Positions 24,900-25,805 of a stretch of DNA of 25,805 nt are shown here, one piece after another. The position numbers and the translations under genes are program-made. The notes under the pieces were generated by a model, which worked only from the letters and a program-made list of their open reading frames with translations, had not been told where the DNA came from and did not search any database. The stretch's first letter is position 1. Each line of letters opens with the position of its first letter. The DNA is from a virus (lineage: Duplodnaviria; Caudoviricetes), in IMG/VR virus record IMGVR_UViG_3300030376_001368, positions 1 through 25,805 of that record, one strand, 5' to 3'.

Positions 24900-25805
24900 T
24901 TACGAAATATAATACTTACCAGAATAAGACACCATCAGCTTATTTAATGCAACATATCTAACTGCATCAACTGCATGATTAAAAGCATCTATTGGCTTGT
25001 TTGTTATTTCGTTATTCTTGTTTTTAATCCACTTATAGTTTCTAAATTCTTTAATTGCATTAATGCTGCTCTTAGTTATATTTAGCTTATGTCTTTTTAA
25101 AACATCAATACCAATACGAATGCTGTCTGCACCTTTCTTAGCAGGTTTAATATTAATACCACCCATTCTAAAGATTTCTTCTATTGATTTAGGTTCAGCA
25201 CTATCTGCATAAATCTCTATGCCTCTGTCTATTCCTAAGTCTTTAATCTTGTGTGCAATATCTTGATTGGTCAAACCACGTTCATAAATGAGTTCGTCAA
25301 CATATAAATCTAAATCGTGCTTATATACTTTAACTAAACTTGTAGGGTCAGCAGAGAATCCGAAGTCTAACCCTAATGCTATTTCTTTTGCATTATCTGG
25401 AATAGTATCTATTATGTTAAATGACGGGAAAATGGTTTCTGTGGCGACCCCACGCTGCCCTTCGCCAAAAACCCGCCATAAATTTTCATCCACTTCTTTT
25501 AGTCTTTCAATCTCCTTTACTGTTTCTTCATCTAAGAATGGATTATCTTTATATGTAGAAATATGAAAGTCTACATCATCTCTATCGTTATCTATTATCT
25601 GTGTGTATAACCAGTGGTATTCGTCAGATGGATTAAAGTCTATGATTATCTTGTATGTTGTTCTTAATGCAAGTTGTGTGTATTCTTCAAAGCCAAACTC
25701 ATTACATTCATTCAAGAATAACACATCTCTCTTTCTACCTCTCACCCTTTGTGGCTGGTCTACACTAATGAACTCAATAACATTTCCATATAGATGATAT
25801 AATGC
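24900..25805 (-). CDS. terL: terminase large subunit (PBSX/SPP1-like); 5' end off the right edge
   Basis: Frame open to the edge (ALYHLYGNVIEFISVDQPQRVRG...); Walker B LFLNE, DFNP, STYKDNPFL, nuclease GLDFGFSADP, ADSAEP, NHAVDAVRY. Confidence 0.95.
   Translation of the reverse strand, partial: ALYHLYGNVIEFISVDQPQRVRGRKRDVLFLNECNEFGFEEYTQLALRTTYKIIIDFNPSDEYHWLYTQIIDNDRDDVDFHISTYKDNPFLDEETVKEIERLKEVDENLWRVFGEGQRGVATETIFPSFNIIDTIPDNAKEIALGLDFGFSADPTSLVKVYKHDLDLYVDELIYERGLTNQDIAHKIKDLGIDRGIEIYADSAEPKSIEEIFRMGGINIKPAKKGADSIRIGIDVLKRHKLNITKSSINAIKEFRNYKWIKNKNNEITNKPIDAFNHAVDAVRYVALNKLMVSYSGKYYIS

Noticed and set aside
10296-25797. Remaining + strand ORFs (10296, 10628, 11446, 13833, 15057, 16432, 17320, 17523, 17759, 19707, 23037, 25288, 25603)
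   Set aside because: All lie opposite well-supported structural genes and have Ser/Phe/Leu-rich shadow composition.
1-25805. Stop-codon reassignment, as in some Bacteroidota phages
   Set aside because: Genes are intact in the standard code, and TAA, TGA and TAG all occur at sensible gene ends; gaps are filled by small ORFs.
1-25805. CRISPR array, tRNA, integrase/att site, IS element
   Set aside because: No repeat-spacer series, cloverleaf, recombinase or transposase motif was seen; intergenic gaps are short and mostly explained. Lifestyle cannot be settled because both ends are truncated.

Overview
AT-rich, densely coding stretch that reads as most of a small tailed (siphovirus-like) phage genome. 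The host is probably a Bacteroidota/Flavobacteriia member, inferred from DUF3127- and DUF4373-like genes, a TAnnTTTG promoter and A-rich starts without Shine-Dalgarno. All genes but four are on the minus strand. Read 5'->3' on that strand, the right arm is: terminase large subunit (cut by the right edge), tail assembly chaperone with a U9 -1 frameshift, neck and tail genes, tape measure, XkdF-like protease, scaffold, major capsid, major tail, two tandem paralogs, extended portal, adaptor, fibre-like protein, lysis cassette with M15 endolysin, and a metallophosphoesterase. Four small + strand early genes follow, then a divergent control region. The left arm encodes an HTH protein, SSAP-like and SSB-like proteins, a replication initiator, VRR-NUC, C5 methylase, a sigma-like factor, HNH and a ParB-methylase fusion (cut by the left edge). 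No integrase, DNA polymerase, helicase, tRNA or CRISPR is visible. The main non-obvious signal is an exactly conserved bipartite motif, AAACA-N11-TTTATATTTAT, found four times 5-11 nt before structural-gene start codons. It is a candidate late promoter for the phage's own sigma-like factor and would give near-leaderless mRNAs. Other signals: a strand-specific RNA hairpin before the initiator gene, a perfect 9-bp inverted repeat in the control region, and seven complete small ORFs plus the edge-truncated methylase that the ORF track missed. Family assignments are from motif recognition only, not database searches.
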